From contig CDMY01000444.1 of NCBI GenBank assembly GCA_001179505.1, forward strand, positions 11,636 through 75,635: a stretch of DNA of 64,000 bases. The letters run 5' to 3'. This document shows positions 1 to 13,590 of the stretch, piece after piece (position 1 is the first letter of the stretch; every line of letters begins with the position of its first letter). The notes under the pieces were generated by a model that saw nothing but the letters and a program-made list of their open reading frames with translations, searched no databases and had not been told where the DNA came from. Position numbers and translations under genes: made by a program. This DNA is from Vitrella brassicaformis CCMP3155. Its lineage: Eukaryota; Protista; Chromerida.

Positions 1-589
1 CCTGCACTCGTTTGCATCATGAGCTTTGCAGGATCCGTGTTTTTGAGGACAACCAGACCGACGCAGAAGAGACCGATGCCGAGAACGGCCAACTTCGAGG
101 AATCAGAAGCGGTTTGTCTGTCGGTACCTGTGTCTTTGTGTGTTTGTGTCGCAGGTTTCGTTGAGGTATTCGTGGATGGAGCAGGTTTGGAACACATGCA
201 GGTATGCCCGAGTGTGTGTGGCGTCTGTCTCTTCTCATCCACACACACAGCGCTCCCTGTGTGTCGTGTGCTGTTCAAGCAGGTGCAGCGGCAGGCAACA
301 TTCGAGACCGCCGATGCCAATGGCAATGGCAATGGCAATGGGAATGCCAAGGAGGACAGCAGCAACGTGGGAAAGATGCGACGGGCGAGCAGACTGACAC
401 CCACAAATGGAAAAGACGGCGTGTATTCGTCGGTGTGTCTGCTTTGCAGTTGTCGGTCTCCTCCCAGGCCAGTACGGTGCTACCGCCACACGGCTACTTT
501 CGGCACCGGTCAAGCTTCCTGACACAGGTAGACCGAAGAGAGAGTCTCTCACCTCACACACACACACGATGTCGCCACTCGTTTTGTGC

Positions 590-1040
590 AGAAGCAGGGC
601 ACGTTGGACAGTATCCCCGAGGACCTCCACACCACCATCAACATGACCATGAGCACCAGCCACGTATGTGCAGTGTGCATCAACACACGCATGTCCTGTA
701 CACGTGTGGCTGTGTTTGTAGGGTTTGTGCAGCCAGACGGTGCCCTTGTTGCCGGGCGGACGGATCGTCGGTGCGGTGAGCGCACACACACACGCAAAGA
801 AATAAATGGATGGGTGTGTGGCTGCTGCCTGCCTGCTGTGTGTTGTCAGCGTGTCGTCAAGACGCACATCTCCTCCCACTACTTGATGCCCAAGGTGAGT
901 GAGTCAACCGACAACCAAACCTCCTCGCACACGCATGCATGGCTGCACGGCACACTTACGTACCGCTTCTCTGGTTCGCTCCTTGTGTGTGGTTGACCAG
1001 GTCGTGGCGCATCGCATATACCTACCCACTGGCCGCTGTA
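590..1040 (+). pseudogene. Highly degenerate MAT central-domain remnant (3 exons)
   Basis: Spliced exons KQGTLDSIPEDLHTTINMT / RVVKTHISSHYLMPK / VVAHRIYLPTGR loosely align by eye to MAT [20 protein letters not shown] ... IxPxxxPxxYL...INPTGRF. Weak alignment. Confidence 0.4.
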
Positions 1041-1597
1041 AGATGCACACACAGACAGACAGGTTGCCATTGATTCGTGTGTGTGTGCAGGGGCAGCGCC
1101 AAGCACGAAGGCCTGCTGCAGATGATAGACTAGAGGGCATGTGGATGGACATCGTGTACGACATCGGCAGGAAAGAGATGGCACTCAAAAACGGTACAAA
1201 ACAGAGAGAGACGAGGGGAGGTACAGTAGTCCACTTGCTCAAGGCTGACACCGACACGACACCCCTGCACATCCGTTTCTTGTGGCGTGCTGTGCATGCT
1301 TTACCACCCATGCAGTCAGGTTGCTCAAGGACCGACGGACGCGGAGCAGCCTCACCACCCACACAGGACTCCGAGTAGCCTCACCACACACACACACACG
1401 AGGTACGTGCATGTGGGAGGCAGAGAGGGAGAGAGGGAGGGAGGGAGGGGCTTCAGTGCGGGTCAGTCATATGTTCTTGCTGTCTGTGGTGTGGTGTGTT
1501 GGTCTTGTTCAGATTGGTGCCATGTACGAGCGACACTTGAGCCTCGAGGGCACGTGTTGACGTCGGCCTCGCCGGCGGCCCACAGCCCATCGCCCGG

Positions 1598-1935
1598 CTG
1601 CTTCCTCGTCACCTCGGAGGCGGTCACCCTGGGCCACCCCGACAAACTCTGCGACGTGGTAGCGGACGCCGTTGTGGACGAGTGCAAGGCTTTGGACGCC
1701 GAGGCCCTGGCGAACGTCAAGGGTCACCTGCCTCGGTAAGTGTCACTCACTCCCCGCACCTCACTGCACCAGCGGCACTGCACCAGCGGCATGTGCGTGT
1801 TTGTCGGCTGTCTTGCAGGAACGGTCATGGTGTGTGGCAAGCTGCGATGCAGAGAAGTCGTGGAGCTGGGCTTCGACGACGCGACAAAGGAACTCGACTA
1901 CCGCACCATGAAGGTCTTCAACGCCCCACAGATCT
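1598..1935 (+). pseudogene. S-adenosylmethionine synthetase (MAT) N-terminal domain remnant, copy 1
   Basis: [28 protein letters not shown] (GHPDK at 1632-1646) matches MAT FTSESVxEGHPDKxCDxxxDAxLD. After an intron (GT at 1735) comes GTVMVCG...ELGFDDATKELDYRTMKV, matching MAT GMVMVFG...EIGYDDxxKGxDYKTCxV. No GAGDQG or later motifs follow. Confidence 0.8.
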
Positions 1936-2107
1936 CCCGAACCCTTCGGCGACCTTCTTTGGAGCTCTTCTTTCGTCTGTTTTTCTTTCTTTTTGCGCTT
2001 GGTGGGCGCTTCAAGGCAGCCAAACGATCCCAACCGTCCTTCTTCCGTTCCCGACGTTCCCTTTCGCCTCCAACACCTCTCCGAAGGCATTCGACGCCGC
2101 CACACTC

Positions 2108-2310
2108 ACCATCAGGCAGGTGAGGAGCACCCCACACAGCACCAGTAGGCCAGAAGTGACGGGCCGCAGCCAGAAGGGCGCGCAACTCATAACACGGGGG
2201 CAGAGAGGCGAGTGTGTCGACTGAGGGTGAGAGAGGGCGTGGTGGTGGCGTGTGAAGTCTGGCGTGGAGGACGGAGAGCCAGGCTGACGTGCTGGGAGGG
2301 AGGGGAGGGA
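2108..2310. repeat. ~200-bp dispersed repeat (copies at ~2108-2310, ~4505-4612 partial, ~13895-14090)
   Basis: Near-identical text CAGGTGAGGAGCACCCCACACAGCACCAGTAGGCCAGAAGTGACGGGCCGCAGCCAG...GGAGAGCCAGGCTGACGTGCTGGGAGGGAGG at these positions. Confidence 0.9.
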
Positions 2311-3124
2311 GGGAGGGATGCCAGTGGGTGCGGTGGGTGACCCTCCGTCCTGCCTCCAGCTGTGTGTGGTGTGGTGGGTGTGTGAACAGGTCTTTCGCGG
2401 CCCCTGTTGGTTGTGCGCGCACCCCTGTTTGCATCTCCTCCCGTCTCGAGTCCCCCCCACCGCACCAACAGCCGCCGCACCACCCACCGCCGCAACCACC
2501 AGTACTCTCGCTGAGGCGGCACACCTCACACCTCCTCGACAACACTACCCTCCCGCAAGAACGGCAACCGACGGGACATCGACAGAGGCGAACATCGACA
2601 GAGGTGCAAGTGAGGAGAAAGAGGGAGAGAGGGGGGAAGCGACAGACAGACAGACAGACAGACAGAGAGGTGGCAGATCTGTGCTGTGTGTGGTGTGTGG
2701 TGCGTTGGCCTCGTGCAGGGAGATGGATACCTTGAGAGGACTCGACCTGTGTGGGCGTTCGGATCATCTTTCCTCTCCATATCGCCACGCCACACCCGCA
2801 AGGCTCTCAGACCCACGAGGTACACACCACACCCAAGAGAGAGAGGGAGGGGTGGAGTCCTGCCTGATATCCTTCTCGCTGCCATTGTGTGTGTGGCATC
2901 TCTCTCTCTCTCTCTCTTGGCATCTCATCCACACGAAACATCCACATGTGTGTGTCTCGTGTCTGTTTCGTTCGCATGTGCAGCACCAGGCATCGTTCGA
3001 CGGCAGTGGCGAGGCCAAGAAGGTCGCTGAGGGGACAGCAGAGGCCCGGCGCGTAAGCACACTCACTCACAGAGACACTGGCGGTTCCTATGATCATGTT
3101 TTACATGTCTGTGTGTGTGGGTGG

Positions 3125-3424
3125 NNNNNNNNNNNNNNNNNNNNNNNNNNNNNNNNNNNNNNNNNNNNNNNNNNNNNNNNNNNNNNNNNNNNNNNNNNNN
3201 NNNNNNNNNNNNNNNNNNNNNNNNNNNNNNNNNNNNNNNNNNNNNNNNNNNNNNNNNNNNNNNNNNNNNNNNNNNNNNNNNNNNNNNNNNNNNNNNNNNN
3301 NNNNNNNNNNNNNNNNNNNNNNNNNNNNNNNNNNNNNNNNNNNNNNNNNNNNNNNNNNNNNNNNNNNNNNNNNNNNNNNNNNNNNNNNNNNNNNNNNNNN
3401 NNNNNNNNNNNNNNNNNNNNNNNN
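3125..3424. other. Assembly gap (300 N)
   Basis: N run. The 26 nt before it (3099-3124) are repeated immediately after it (3425-3450). Confidence 0.98.
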
Positions 3425-3739
3425 TTTTACATGTCTGTGTGTGTGGGTGGGTGGGTGGGTGAATGGGTGCCTTTCACATTGCAGTTCTCCGAGGCCACCA
3501 CTCGCTATGACCCCCGGGTGTGTTAATTGGTCGATGAAAGACGAAAGCAAACCCACCAACTGGCCTCTCTCGCTCTCTCTTTTTGCTGGCTGCAGGGATC
3601 TGCGTTGTTTGGTCATGTTCAACGTTCATGAGCCAGGTGAGATGTGTCACCCACTGGCTGGAGGGCCGCAGAAGACATCCATGCATCCAACTGGCTGATG
3701 GTCCCTGTTTTGGCGCGCGCGCGTGCGTGTGTGTGTGTA

Positions 3740-4205
3740 GGGCTCGTTGCCGATGAAGACCGGCGTCGACGAGGCGGAGCACAAGGCACCGCATCCCATC
3801 TACTGCCAGGTACATGGGCGCGTACATGCGCACATCTGTGTCGTATGTCGGTTGTGTGTTCAGCAGGTGCCGTATGACTGGCGCTTCCCAGTCGTTAGCC
3901 AGGTAAGGGCATCATCAGTGCCCCCCCCCCCCACACACACACACACATGCACACACGTGTGCAGCATAGCATGTGTGTGCTTCCTGCTGTGTGTTGTCAG
4001 CGTGTGAAGGCCGTCAAGCTGCTGCGGACTCGCATCACGTCACACTACCTGCCGCCGAAGGTGAGCACATAGGAGGCTGAAAGAAGGGGTGGTGGCACAC
4101 TCACCTCATTCTGTGGTTCGTGCTTTGTGTGTCATCGGTCAGATGGTGGCGCGTCGGATCACCGCACTCGCACCTGCCGGACCTCTCGGCGTGGGCCCTC
4201 GTAAG
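3740..4205 (+). pseudogene. Degenerate MAT central-domain tail remnant, copy 2
   Basis: Exons RVKAVKLLRTRITSHYLPPK / MVARRITALAPAGPLGVGP are paralogous to 845-1040 and 11415-11580. They loosely match MAT IIKPILPxxxL...INPTGRFVIGGP. Confidence 0.4.
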
Positions 4206-4699
4206 TGGCCCCTCGTAAGATGCATACACACACTCACACACCTGAGTGTGGGGAATATTTGTACTACATATTGACCTCTGTTGGTTGTTATGTGTGCAGA
4301 CCGTCGTCATGCAGTCGTCAAGTGCTGCGGCTAGATAGGAGTAGGAGGGAGGGAGAGGGAGGGAGAGGGAGTGGGATGCGTGGGCGTCCAGTTTGTTGAG
4401 GCTGCTTGGCTTGGCTGCTTGGTTCAACGAGCATACAATCCCGCCCGATTCCACCTCTTCTCCGTCGTGTGAAGGCCATGAAGTCACCTGGATCACCACA
4501 CCGACCATCAGACAGGTGACGAGCACCCCACACAGCACCGGTAGGCCAGAAGTGACGGGCCGCAGCCAGGAGGGCTGGTAACTCATAGCACGGGGGCAGA
4601 GAGAGGCAAGAGGGACTTTCCAATTGAGATAGTTGTCCGTCTGTACTGACTCTGCAGGCAGTCGGGGCCACGAAATCGTTGTCTACATTTTATATTCGT

Positions 4700-5890
4700 C
4701 GGCATCTTCTTTCGACCCTCACGCACCGCCTGAACGAGCCGGCGTGCAATGGAGACGCCGGATGGAACAGGTACTCGCAGACGGTAGGTGTCGCTCGCAG
4801 ACAGAGACACAGCAATTGCACATGCCGACGTGCTGTGCATCAAACATGTGTGCTGTGCTGCTCGTTGGTGTTGTGTTCCTCTGTACGCAGAGGTGCGCGA
4901 GAGACGTAGACGCCGGCTGCAGGAGGGTAAGTACCTACCCATCTACCTACCTACACAATAATGAATAGATGACATGTGACTGATTGGATGGATGGATGGA
5001 TGGCGCTTGTTTGTGCGTCTTGTCTTGTCTGTCTTGGTTTCAGAGGTCACGGCTGCCTCGCACAAGGAGCGGACGGCCAAGTTTGAGGCCGAGGCAGGTA
5101 TGCATCCATCCACCAGCAGACTCGAGAGACACACTCATCCACGTCCGTCCTTCTGACGGTGTTCTGTGTGCGTTGCGCATCCCATCCATGTGTGTTCAGC
5201 GCTCACTGCCACGATTCGCAAGCAGCGGGCCAAACTCATCAAGGCCGGTATGTAACACATACATACATACATACATACATACAATCCGCCGCCACACGCA
5301 CAGAGAAATGATTATAAGATCATCAGATGGCCTCTCTCTGTTTGTCCTGCCTGCTTTCGATGCATTGATGGATGCAGCCGAGAGGCGGGCGATCATGCTG
5401 CGCGACCTCAGTACGTCACGCCTAGCCTACACATCAACACAGACACACACACGAGTTTTGTGGGTGTGATTCATTCATTCATTCATGTGTGCAGAGCTGC
5501 TCAAGGTTAAAGTCCATCTACGCCGAGGCGGCCGCAAAGGCGGCGGCCGTGCGGGAGCCGGCAGAGGGTATGCACACACCCAACTCTCATCAATGTGATG
5601 CGGTATCTGTGATGTGTGATTGATGTCTTGCGCTGCAGGCACTATCATGGTGTTCGGCAAGAGCAAGTTCTTCGACAAGCCCATCGACTACGACAACGAG
5701 TCCAACGGTCTCGACTTCAGGACGGTGCGCGTGACGGCAGCGGTCAAGTACTGCGGGTACTACTACAAGCTGAGGAACTGGGACGACACGCCCTTCGGTG
5801 GGTCCGTCTGTCTGACTGACTGATTGATTGACGACACACACAAAGCCAGACAGACAGCGGGGAGGGACTTCTGTGTACACTCTCTCTCCT

Positions 5891-5927
<37 letters not shown>

Positions 5928-6272
5928 CAGAGGGCATGGTTTGTGTGTCGGGCTACGCGAGTACCGAGTCGCCTGATCTGTTGCCTGTGGCCCAATCCCT
6001 GGCCGAGAGGTTCGCCCACCGCCTCACTGTCGTGCGCAAGGACGGTCAGTGCACACCACACCAACACGCACCGCCCGCCTCCCTCCCTCCCACATATGTG
6101 TACACGTGTGGCTGTGTCAGGCACGTTGGCTTACCTGCATCCGGAGGGCAAGGCCATGGTCACGGTCGAGTGCGAGAAGGTCGGCCACGCGGCACGCCCC
6201 CGAGGTCAGCCCCGAGACGCTGCGCAAGAGGAGCAGGAGGGAGGGGGCAGGTATGAGGATGTAGGAAATTGA
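4700..6272 (+). CDS. Multi-exon hypothetical gene: charged coiled-coil exons followed by MAT N-domain tail and MAT central-domain remnants
   Basis: Exon GTIMVFGKSKFFDKPIDYDNESNGLDFRTVRV (5639-5800) matches MAT MVFG...GLDYKTCKV. Exons GMVCVSGYASTESPDLLPVAQSLAERFAHRLTVVRKDG (5930-6045) and TLAYLHPEGKAMVTVECE (6121-6180) match MAT GMMFGYATDETPELMPL.[35 protein letters not shown]. Upstream exons are paralogous to 15990-16340. Confidence 0.7.
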
Positions 6273-6480
6273 GAGCTGGGAATCGGCGAGATTCTCCGTG
6301 TCTCAGATATCGCTTCCTACATTTTATATCCCGAGGCGTCTTATATCTCCCTGGTCTTGCGTCTTATACATTATCTCCGAGGTGATGTCAAAGTCAGAAT
6401 CTTCGCCGCCCGCGCTGCAGAAATGTACCCACACGCCTGAGGATCAGCAATCGATACTCTCATTTGTCTGGCTTTTCTTC

Positions 6481-8850
6481 AGGGTTGTAGAAGAACAAGA
6501 AGCAGCAGCAGAAGCAGCGGCCAAGTACAAGTCCAAGTCGAAGGCGGTGCACAACGCCATAGACAAAGTGGCTGGAGTGGCCTGTAAGACGAGACACCAA
6601 AAGGTTCATCGTCACTTTCCACAAGGATGCTCTCATTTCTGTGCAGTGTCGGGTTTCTGGAGGCCGCCAGCAGCAGCACACCCCACGGAGTGAGAAACGT
6701 GAAGTTTCCTTGTGTTCGCTTCCTCATTCAGTCACTTCCCCTGCCTGTCTGTCTGTGTCGGCCAGCGAGCAAGAGGGTGCTCTTCCTCCTCCAGCGCATG
6801 ATGAACCTCTGGATTATGTCGAGAAACCCGGGCACCACCATGTTGGACCACGTGGCTGGGGGGAGGCTGAAGGTCGGCCGAGGTGAGCTGAGCACGAGAA
6901 CATGTGTTCATCTATGGGGGAGAAAAGGATGCATCCATGCATTTCTGTCATGCAGGCCGCAACAGGGACACGGCGGCTCAAGGGCCCGGTAGGACGGACG
7001 ATTAAGGGGTACGTATACGGTTGTGTATCGGCGCTTCATGCTGCCTTTTGTGTGTGCCCTTCTGCAGGAGAGGGTGGTCAAGTCGAGGAGCAGGAGCAAC
7101 AGGACGACGAGCAACAAGGACAGGAGCAACAGCAACCAGCCATCACGCAGGTATCTGTGAGTGTGTGGTATCTCCCTCCTTTCTATATTACATTCGGTGC
7201 TTCTTGTCTGTCTGTGTCCTGTAGGGGGTACAGCAAGAGGCCGAGGACCAACAGGAGGCGACTGTGGAGCAGCAGGACGAGGATGGCCAGGACGCCGTCG
7301 AGGAGCAAGGCGCCGATCAGCAACAGGAGCAGACGAAGACCCAGGTAGCCACGAATGCCCATGATGAATACCTCGTGTGTACACATGCTCCTGTGTGTCT
7401 TGTGCTCTGTTGGTTTGTGTGCATAACCAGAACCAGGAGCAAGAGCAGCGGCTATGAATCTGTGGGTCATGTCGAGAGACCCAGGAACGACGATCCTCGA
7501 CAATGTTGCGGGGGGGAGGTTCAAGGTCGGAGGACGTAAGTTGAGCAAGAGAATATGTGTTCATCTGTGGGGGAGGGAGGGATGCATCCATGCGTCTCTG
7601 TCATGCAGGCCGCAATAGAGGCGCGACGGGGGAAGGGCCCGGTAGGACGGACGATTAAGGGGCACGTGTACGGTTGTGTATCGGCGCTTCGCATGCTGCC
7701 TTTTGTGTGTGCCCTTCTGCAGGAGCGGGGCAAGTCGATGGGCAGGAGGAGGACGGGCAAGAAGGACAGGAACAACAGCAACCAGCCACCACACAGGTAT
7801 CTGTGAGTGTGTGGTATCTCCCTCCTTTTTATATCGCACTGGGTGCTTCTTGTCTGTCTGTGTCCTGTAGGGGGTGCAGCACGCGGGGGAGGCCGAGGAC
7901 CGACAGCAAGCGACTGGGGAGCAGCAGGGCGAGGAACATGCCGATCAGCAGCAGGAGGGGGGCGAGGAGGACCAGCAACAGGAGCAAACCAACACCCATG
8001 TAGCCACGATGCCCATGATGAATACCTCATGTGTACACATGCTGCTGTGTGTCTTGTGCTCTGTTGATTTGTGCGCAGGACCAGAACCCGAGGAGCAGCA
8101 GGTGCAGCACGCGGGAGGAGCAGGAGGCGATCAGCAACAGGAGCAGAACGACACCCAGGTAGCCACGAGTGCCCATGATGAAAAGACCCAAGTACACACG
8201 CTGCTGTGTGTCTGTGCTCTGTTGGTTGTGTGCAAAAGCAGGGACAGGAGCAGGAGCAGCAGCAGGGGAACGAGACCGGTAGGCATCGGGCCGAAGTGCA
8301 CAAGATGCACAGTATGAGACGTATGTATCCTTTCTGTGTGCAGAGGCCAAGGCGGCCAACGACACCCAGGACAACATCGAGGAGGGCGAGAAGCAGACAC
8401 CCGCCCGCCCCCAACGTGTAAGCCCCCAGAGAATAGTGGCAATCAAGGACCATTCGAGTGTTTGTGTAGGAGGAGATGTCGATTTCCATCCGATTCGAGA
8501 CATAGACATCACACCAAAGGAGAACCTGGTATACACGCTTGCACAGATCGACATAGCACAACCAAAACACAATTCATTCGCTCGTTCGATGGCAACCTGC
8601 AACCATTCATTCCAACATGCAGGCTGCAGTTGTAGGGACGGTGGCCGACCGAGTCGGCATTGACAATATCATAACCGCTCTGGCGACCAAGAACACTGCC
8701 AAAGTACGGGAGCGAGCAGACAAACAGACACAGACACAGACATATAGACATTTATACATATGTCTCTCCCACGTGTTTGTGTAGGGGGAGATGTCGATTT
8801 CCATCACGATTCGAGACGACAACAAACAGTCGACGCCGGTAGGTGGCTAT
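6481..8850 (+). CDS. Multi-exon E/Q-rich low-complexity hypothetical protein with tandemly duplicated exon-intron units
   Basis: Exons such as GGQVEEQEQQDDEQQGQEQQQPAITQ and EQQDEDGQDAVEEQGADQQQEQTKTQ. Block ~6890-7540 is repeated at ~7545-8230 including its introns. Boundaries approximate. Confidence 0.55.
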
Positions 8851-8999
8851 GCAAATGCATTCACATACATGGACAAATGTGTGTGGTGATGTGTGTGTGA
8901 ATGAATGAATGTGGCAGCTTGAGCAGCTTGAGCTGTCAATGTGGTCGATCGTTGTCTACATTTTATATCCTGCGGTCTCTTCTTCCGATTCTCGCGCAC

Positions 9000-11600
9000 G
9001 GAGGCGCTGACAGGTAGGCATTGAGCTCAATTCATTATTGTCAAATTGTAGACAGGTGGAGGAGGCTGAAACCTTGTCAACGCCTGATGCTCAACGCTCC
9101 GGCCAAAGGCCCCGCGAGTCAGTAAGGGCTGTCAACCTTTTGACATGCATCATCCACACGGCATTGTCTGTCATGGCGTCTTGGATGTGCAAACCAACAG
9201 TTGCACATGCAGCTGCGCCCTTTGATTGCAGCGTGCACATCCAGGACGCCATAAAGGAGCAAAGGACGGCAGGGCCATGAGAAAGAGACTTGTGTGGTCC
9301 TTGTGTGTATGCAGGACGCGTTGGCGTCGTCGCCCAGCAAGCGCCGGACCGAGGTACGTATTGCAGCATGTCGTGTCACACAGACGCATCGCTCCTTGCT
9401 GATGTTCAGAGACAGTGGCGGCCGGCCGTGCCAACCATCGACGAGGACAAGGACTCAACGGAGAGGAAGACGAAGAGGTATCCACCGAACAACCACGTGA
9501 ATTGACTACACGGATCTTTTCATTTGCTCTGGTTGTATGCAGCCCGACGCGACTGGCGAAGACCTGGAGCGGCTATCCAATGCATCTGTCGACGAAGAGG
9601 AGGAAGACCGAGAGCTGCCGGAGGGGCCACAAGACCATCAGGACCAGGATCACCCGGAGGACAGCACCATCAAGGGCACCAAGGTATCCACTAATGCATG
9701 TGCTGTCTCTTTCGTGTCACTCTGATGACCACGGTGGTGTGTGATGTGTCTGTGCGGTCCCTGCAGAAGTGCGAGACGTGTGGCCAGTTTCTGTAAGTGC
9801 ACCCATCGTTCATTCCTCATCATGACTGTGTGCCGTCCTTCTTTTCGCTCAGCGATGCCACGGACGATCTCGTTGCCCTGGAGGTCGAGCAAGAGTGAGG
9901 CGACAAGAAGGCCATCACCTTGCCAGTCAGAATGTCTGCATCTGGAACTACTGCCTTTCAGTTACGTCAAGAAGCAGAAACAAGACCTCGACACTGGCAA
10001 CGAGCGGCTCGTTGACCAGCTGTATAAGGCCGAGACCGACCTCGAGTAAGGCATCCACGCACCAACAACAATCTGCTTTTCTCATCGTGCTCTCTTTGAT
10101 ACAGGAGGGAGAGAAAGGGAAGCGCCAAGCTTCAGTCTGAGGCCGAGGAGGCTTGCGAGCGAATCGCCCTGTAAGAGACCAAGGCGCACACACCACTGCC
10201 ATGCCTCAAACGTTGTGTGTCGTCGTGCGCTGTGGTTTCGCCCAGGCTGGAGCAGCAGCTGGAGAAGGAGAGGGCCGTTCACAGGGTCAAGCAGGCCATC
10301 ACACACGAGGTCATCGGCGACCTGACGGACCGTGTCCTGCGGTGCGTCTACGAGGCAGAGCGAGACGTCGGCTAGCTGAGACAGCAGATTGACGAGCAAG
10401 ATGTAAGCTGACGACATACAGAAGCACACGGCTGAGGGAATGGTGTGTGGGGGCATGTGTATTGTGTACTCACTCAGGGATGCGTGACGCAGCAGGTCGA
10501 CTTGCAGGCCAGGCTGGAGAGGAGCGAGTGGCAGAACGGCGTGCTCATGTACGGAGGGGGGCACTTTGATGGGCACAAATGCGTTCGTTCGCTTGTCCAT
10601 CCGTGTGTGTGTGTCTCTGTGCAGGATGGAGTTGAATGTCTATCGCGAAGAGCTGCTGACACTCAAGGCAAACACAGATACACCCCCTACTGCTGGTGGC
10701 AATGGCAATAACATACACCTGTTGTGTGTGTGTGTGTGTGTGTTGTCATCAGGACGTGCATCCGCCGCTCACCAGGTTGGCCCCACCAGAAGAGGCCGGC
10801 CAATGGGACCCGCCTTCGCCTTCTCCCTGGCCGCACCCGGCGCAGGTACAAGAGGACCATGACCTGCTCGTGCTTGCGTGTTGCGTTCACTTCTCTCCGT
10901 TCCTTTCCAGCACGATGATGACGACGATCGCGAGATGGTCATCCCCAACGAGACATGGGAGCCGATCACCCCTCCCCCAATCAGCACACCACCACGGTTC
11001 CGGCCGCTGTCTCCGTCCCCCGCCCCCGCCACTATCAACACGCCCACCGCCCTCTCACACCCGCCAAATCCTCCACCACCACAACAGCCACACATGTCAG
11101 CCAATGTTGTGATCGCCGCGCCACTGCGCCCCTCGCCCGACACGCCAGGCACCACCACAATACGCGGCCCTCCCGCCGCACATGGAGGTATGCAGGCGCT
11201 CAAAGAGGCAGGCAGAGGAGCAGAGGAAGAGCACTCCACTCCTGTGTTCGTGCAGTTCCGTCGGTTCTTGCTCTCGTTGCGGCGCCCATGGACGACGGGA
11301 GGTCAGTGAGCGAGCCCCTAACACCTGTCAATCAACACACACATGTGTCCTTTCTTGCGTGCACTGACTCCATGTGTGCAGACCCAGCATTACACCTTCG
11401 CTTGCTGTGTCTGTCAGCGTGTGAGGGCCGTCAAAGTGCTGCAGACTCGCATCACGTCACACTATTTGCTGCCCAAGGTACGGCCAAACGGGCGATGGGA
11501 CACTCCCTTCTGTCGTTTGTGCTTTGTGTGTCATCGGTCAGATGGTGGCACGACGCATCACCACACTGACGCGTGTTGATCCCGTGGGAAGACGCGACAG
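9000..11600 (+). pseudogene. Multi-exon coiled-coil / Pro-rich hypothetical gene with an in-frame stop, ending in a MAT-tail-like exon pair
   Basis: Exons YVKKQKQDLDTGNERLVDQLYKAETDLE, LEQQLEKERAVHRVKQAITHEVIGDLTDRVLRCVYEAERDVG*LRQQIDEQD (TAG at 10373-10375), MELNVYREELLTLKANT, a Pro-rich exon (10910-11190) and RVRAVKVLQTRITSHYLLPK (11415-11478). Confidence 0.45.
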
Positions 11601-12079
11601 CCGTCACAAATGAGGAGGGACAAGCGGACCAGCAGCCCAACAACAAGACACAGCACAGCGACAGCGCCAACGACGCCACGTCCCTGCCCTCGCCCTTGCC
11701 GCCACCTGCACCGGCTCTTGCTTGCTCCACGTAAGATGCATTCACTCACGGAAAAATACACAGACACAAGCGTAGAGCATTGTTGTCCTATTGACCTCTG
11801 TCGCTGTCTGTGCATGTGTGCAGGCCACCCGGCAGCCAAGTGCTGCGGCTAGACGCAGAGGAGGGAGGGGGCAGGTATGATGATGTGGGAATTTGGGAGC
11901 TGGGAAGCGGTAAAAGAGATGTTCGGTGTCTCAGATATCGCTTCCTACATTTTATATCCCGAGGCGTCTTATATCTCCCTGGTCTTGCGCCTTATATTAT
12001 ATCTCCGAGGTGATTTCAGTCCTGGTATGCACGACGATGGAGCAGATATGAATATGGTGAGACACTGTTTTGTATGCAG

Positions 12080-13590
12080 GCAGCCGGAGACCCTGATCCA
12101 AGGTGAAAGCGAGCAGAGTCTTAAACACAAACAGGTATCAACCGTACACACCGACCCATCCCGTGTCTGCACTGACTGTGTGTGCTGCTTGTGCAGCGTT
12201 CCAGGTCTTTGAACGTAGGCAACCAGCGGTCAGAACCGTCCTTGTTCATCAGCCAAGTGGGATAGATATGCCTCTCTCCTCACGAATCAGGTGCGTCACC
12301 CACTGAAGACCCGCACACCCACTGAAGCTCTCTCGTGATCGTCCTTCATGTGTGTGTCTGCGTGTCTGCGTGTGTGCGTGCAGGGATTGCTACCAGTCGA
12401 CGCCAAGCAGCACAAGCTGAGGGACGAGTGCCTCAAGGCTGCGAGTGAGGCGATGGGGAGGGACGAGGGCATGGGCAAGGGTCACGCCTCGACCCAAACG
12501 AATGTCGTCGCTGTTGAGGTGAGCAGGAAGGGAAGGCAGGCCACGGGAGAACCTCTGTGTCTGTCACCTTCATCGGTTTCTGTGTTTCTGTATTCCTTTC
12601 TGTGTGTCTGCAGAGTAGTGAGGCGCAAACAGAGGAGACGCCATCGCCTCCTGATGCCGTTGACGAGTCGCCTGCTGAGGACGTTGCTGAGGAGCAGCAG
12701 ACCAAGATCACCACACCCACCAACAAGGTACGCACGAGTGCGTGCGGTGTCCCTGTGTTGTCTTGCGCAAACCTCCCTCCTTCCCTGTGCGTGTGATGTT
12801 CGGTAGATTGCGCCCGTGCCGGTGTTGAGTGCGTGGCCGGCACCCACGCCACTCGCCCCGCCATTTGCGCAGATGCTGGCGGTAAGATGCGTGAATGCGC
12901 GCAAATTGATGGTGCATGAGTACACGCTGAAGCTGTCTGCGTCACCTCTTCTCTGTCGTCAGATCAAGCAGTCAATGATAGCGCTCAACATGGCGCAGAC
13001 TCAGGCCAACTACAACAAGAAGATGCACCAGATTCACATGACGTATCTCGCCAAGGTACGCGGACTCGTCCAGAGGGATTAGGCAACAAATCCACCACCA
13101 ACCACACAGCAGAGAGTGTGTGTGCTGTCCATTCGTTCCATCAGGTCCGCGCGCTGGGACCGCCCCCCATCACCACCCCACACACACTGCCACACGGTAA
13201 GAAGCTGCATTGTAGATGGATGGACGCGTTTGCGTGGACGTGCGGTTGTTGTCGCTGCATGCAGCTGGCATGGTCCCGAAGAAGGTGTGCTGCCGATAGC
13301 CTAGCGGGATGGATGCGTACGTACGACGTGAAGAGGGTACCCACGAGTCGAGTGTGTGTGGCATGGTATGCACAAATTGGGTGAGTGGGGAGGGCGGCCT
13401 CCCTCTAATCTCATCCACACGCGTGAAGCCCTCCCATGTGTGTCGTGGTGTGTGTTCATGCAGCGGCAGGCATCGTTCGAGGATGACGGTGGCGAGGACA
13501 AGAAGGTGGCCTCCGGCACGGCGGAGGCGCGCCTGCAGGCTGCAAACCTTTATGCGAGGGAGGGAGAAACGGTAGGAGCAAGCCCGTGAC
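12080..13590 (+). CDS. Multi-exon hypothetical protein
   Basis: GT-AG bounded exons with coding-like composition: GLLPVDAKQHKLRDECLKAASEAMG, SSEAQTEETPSPPDAVDESPAEDVAEEQQ, IKQSMIALNMAQTQANYNKKMHQIHMTYLAK, RQASFEDDGGEDKKVASGTAEARL. The last exon is paralogous to ~2980-3050 and ~283-330. Confidence 0.45.

Noticed and set aside
3099-3450. Direct repeat flanking the N gap, possibly a target-site duplication
   Set aside because: An identical 26-mer on both sides of a round 300-N gap is typical of overlapping contig ends. It is most likely an assembly artefact.
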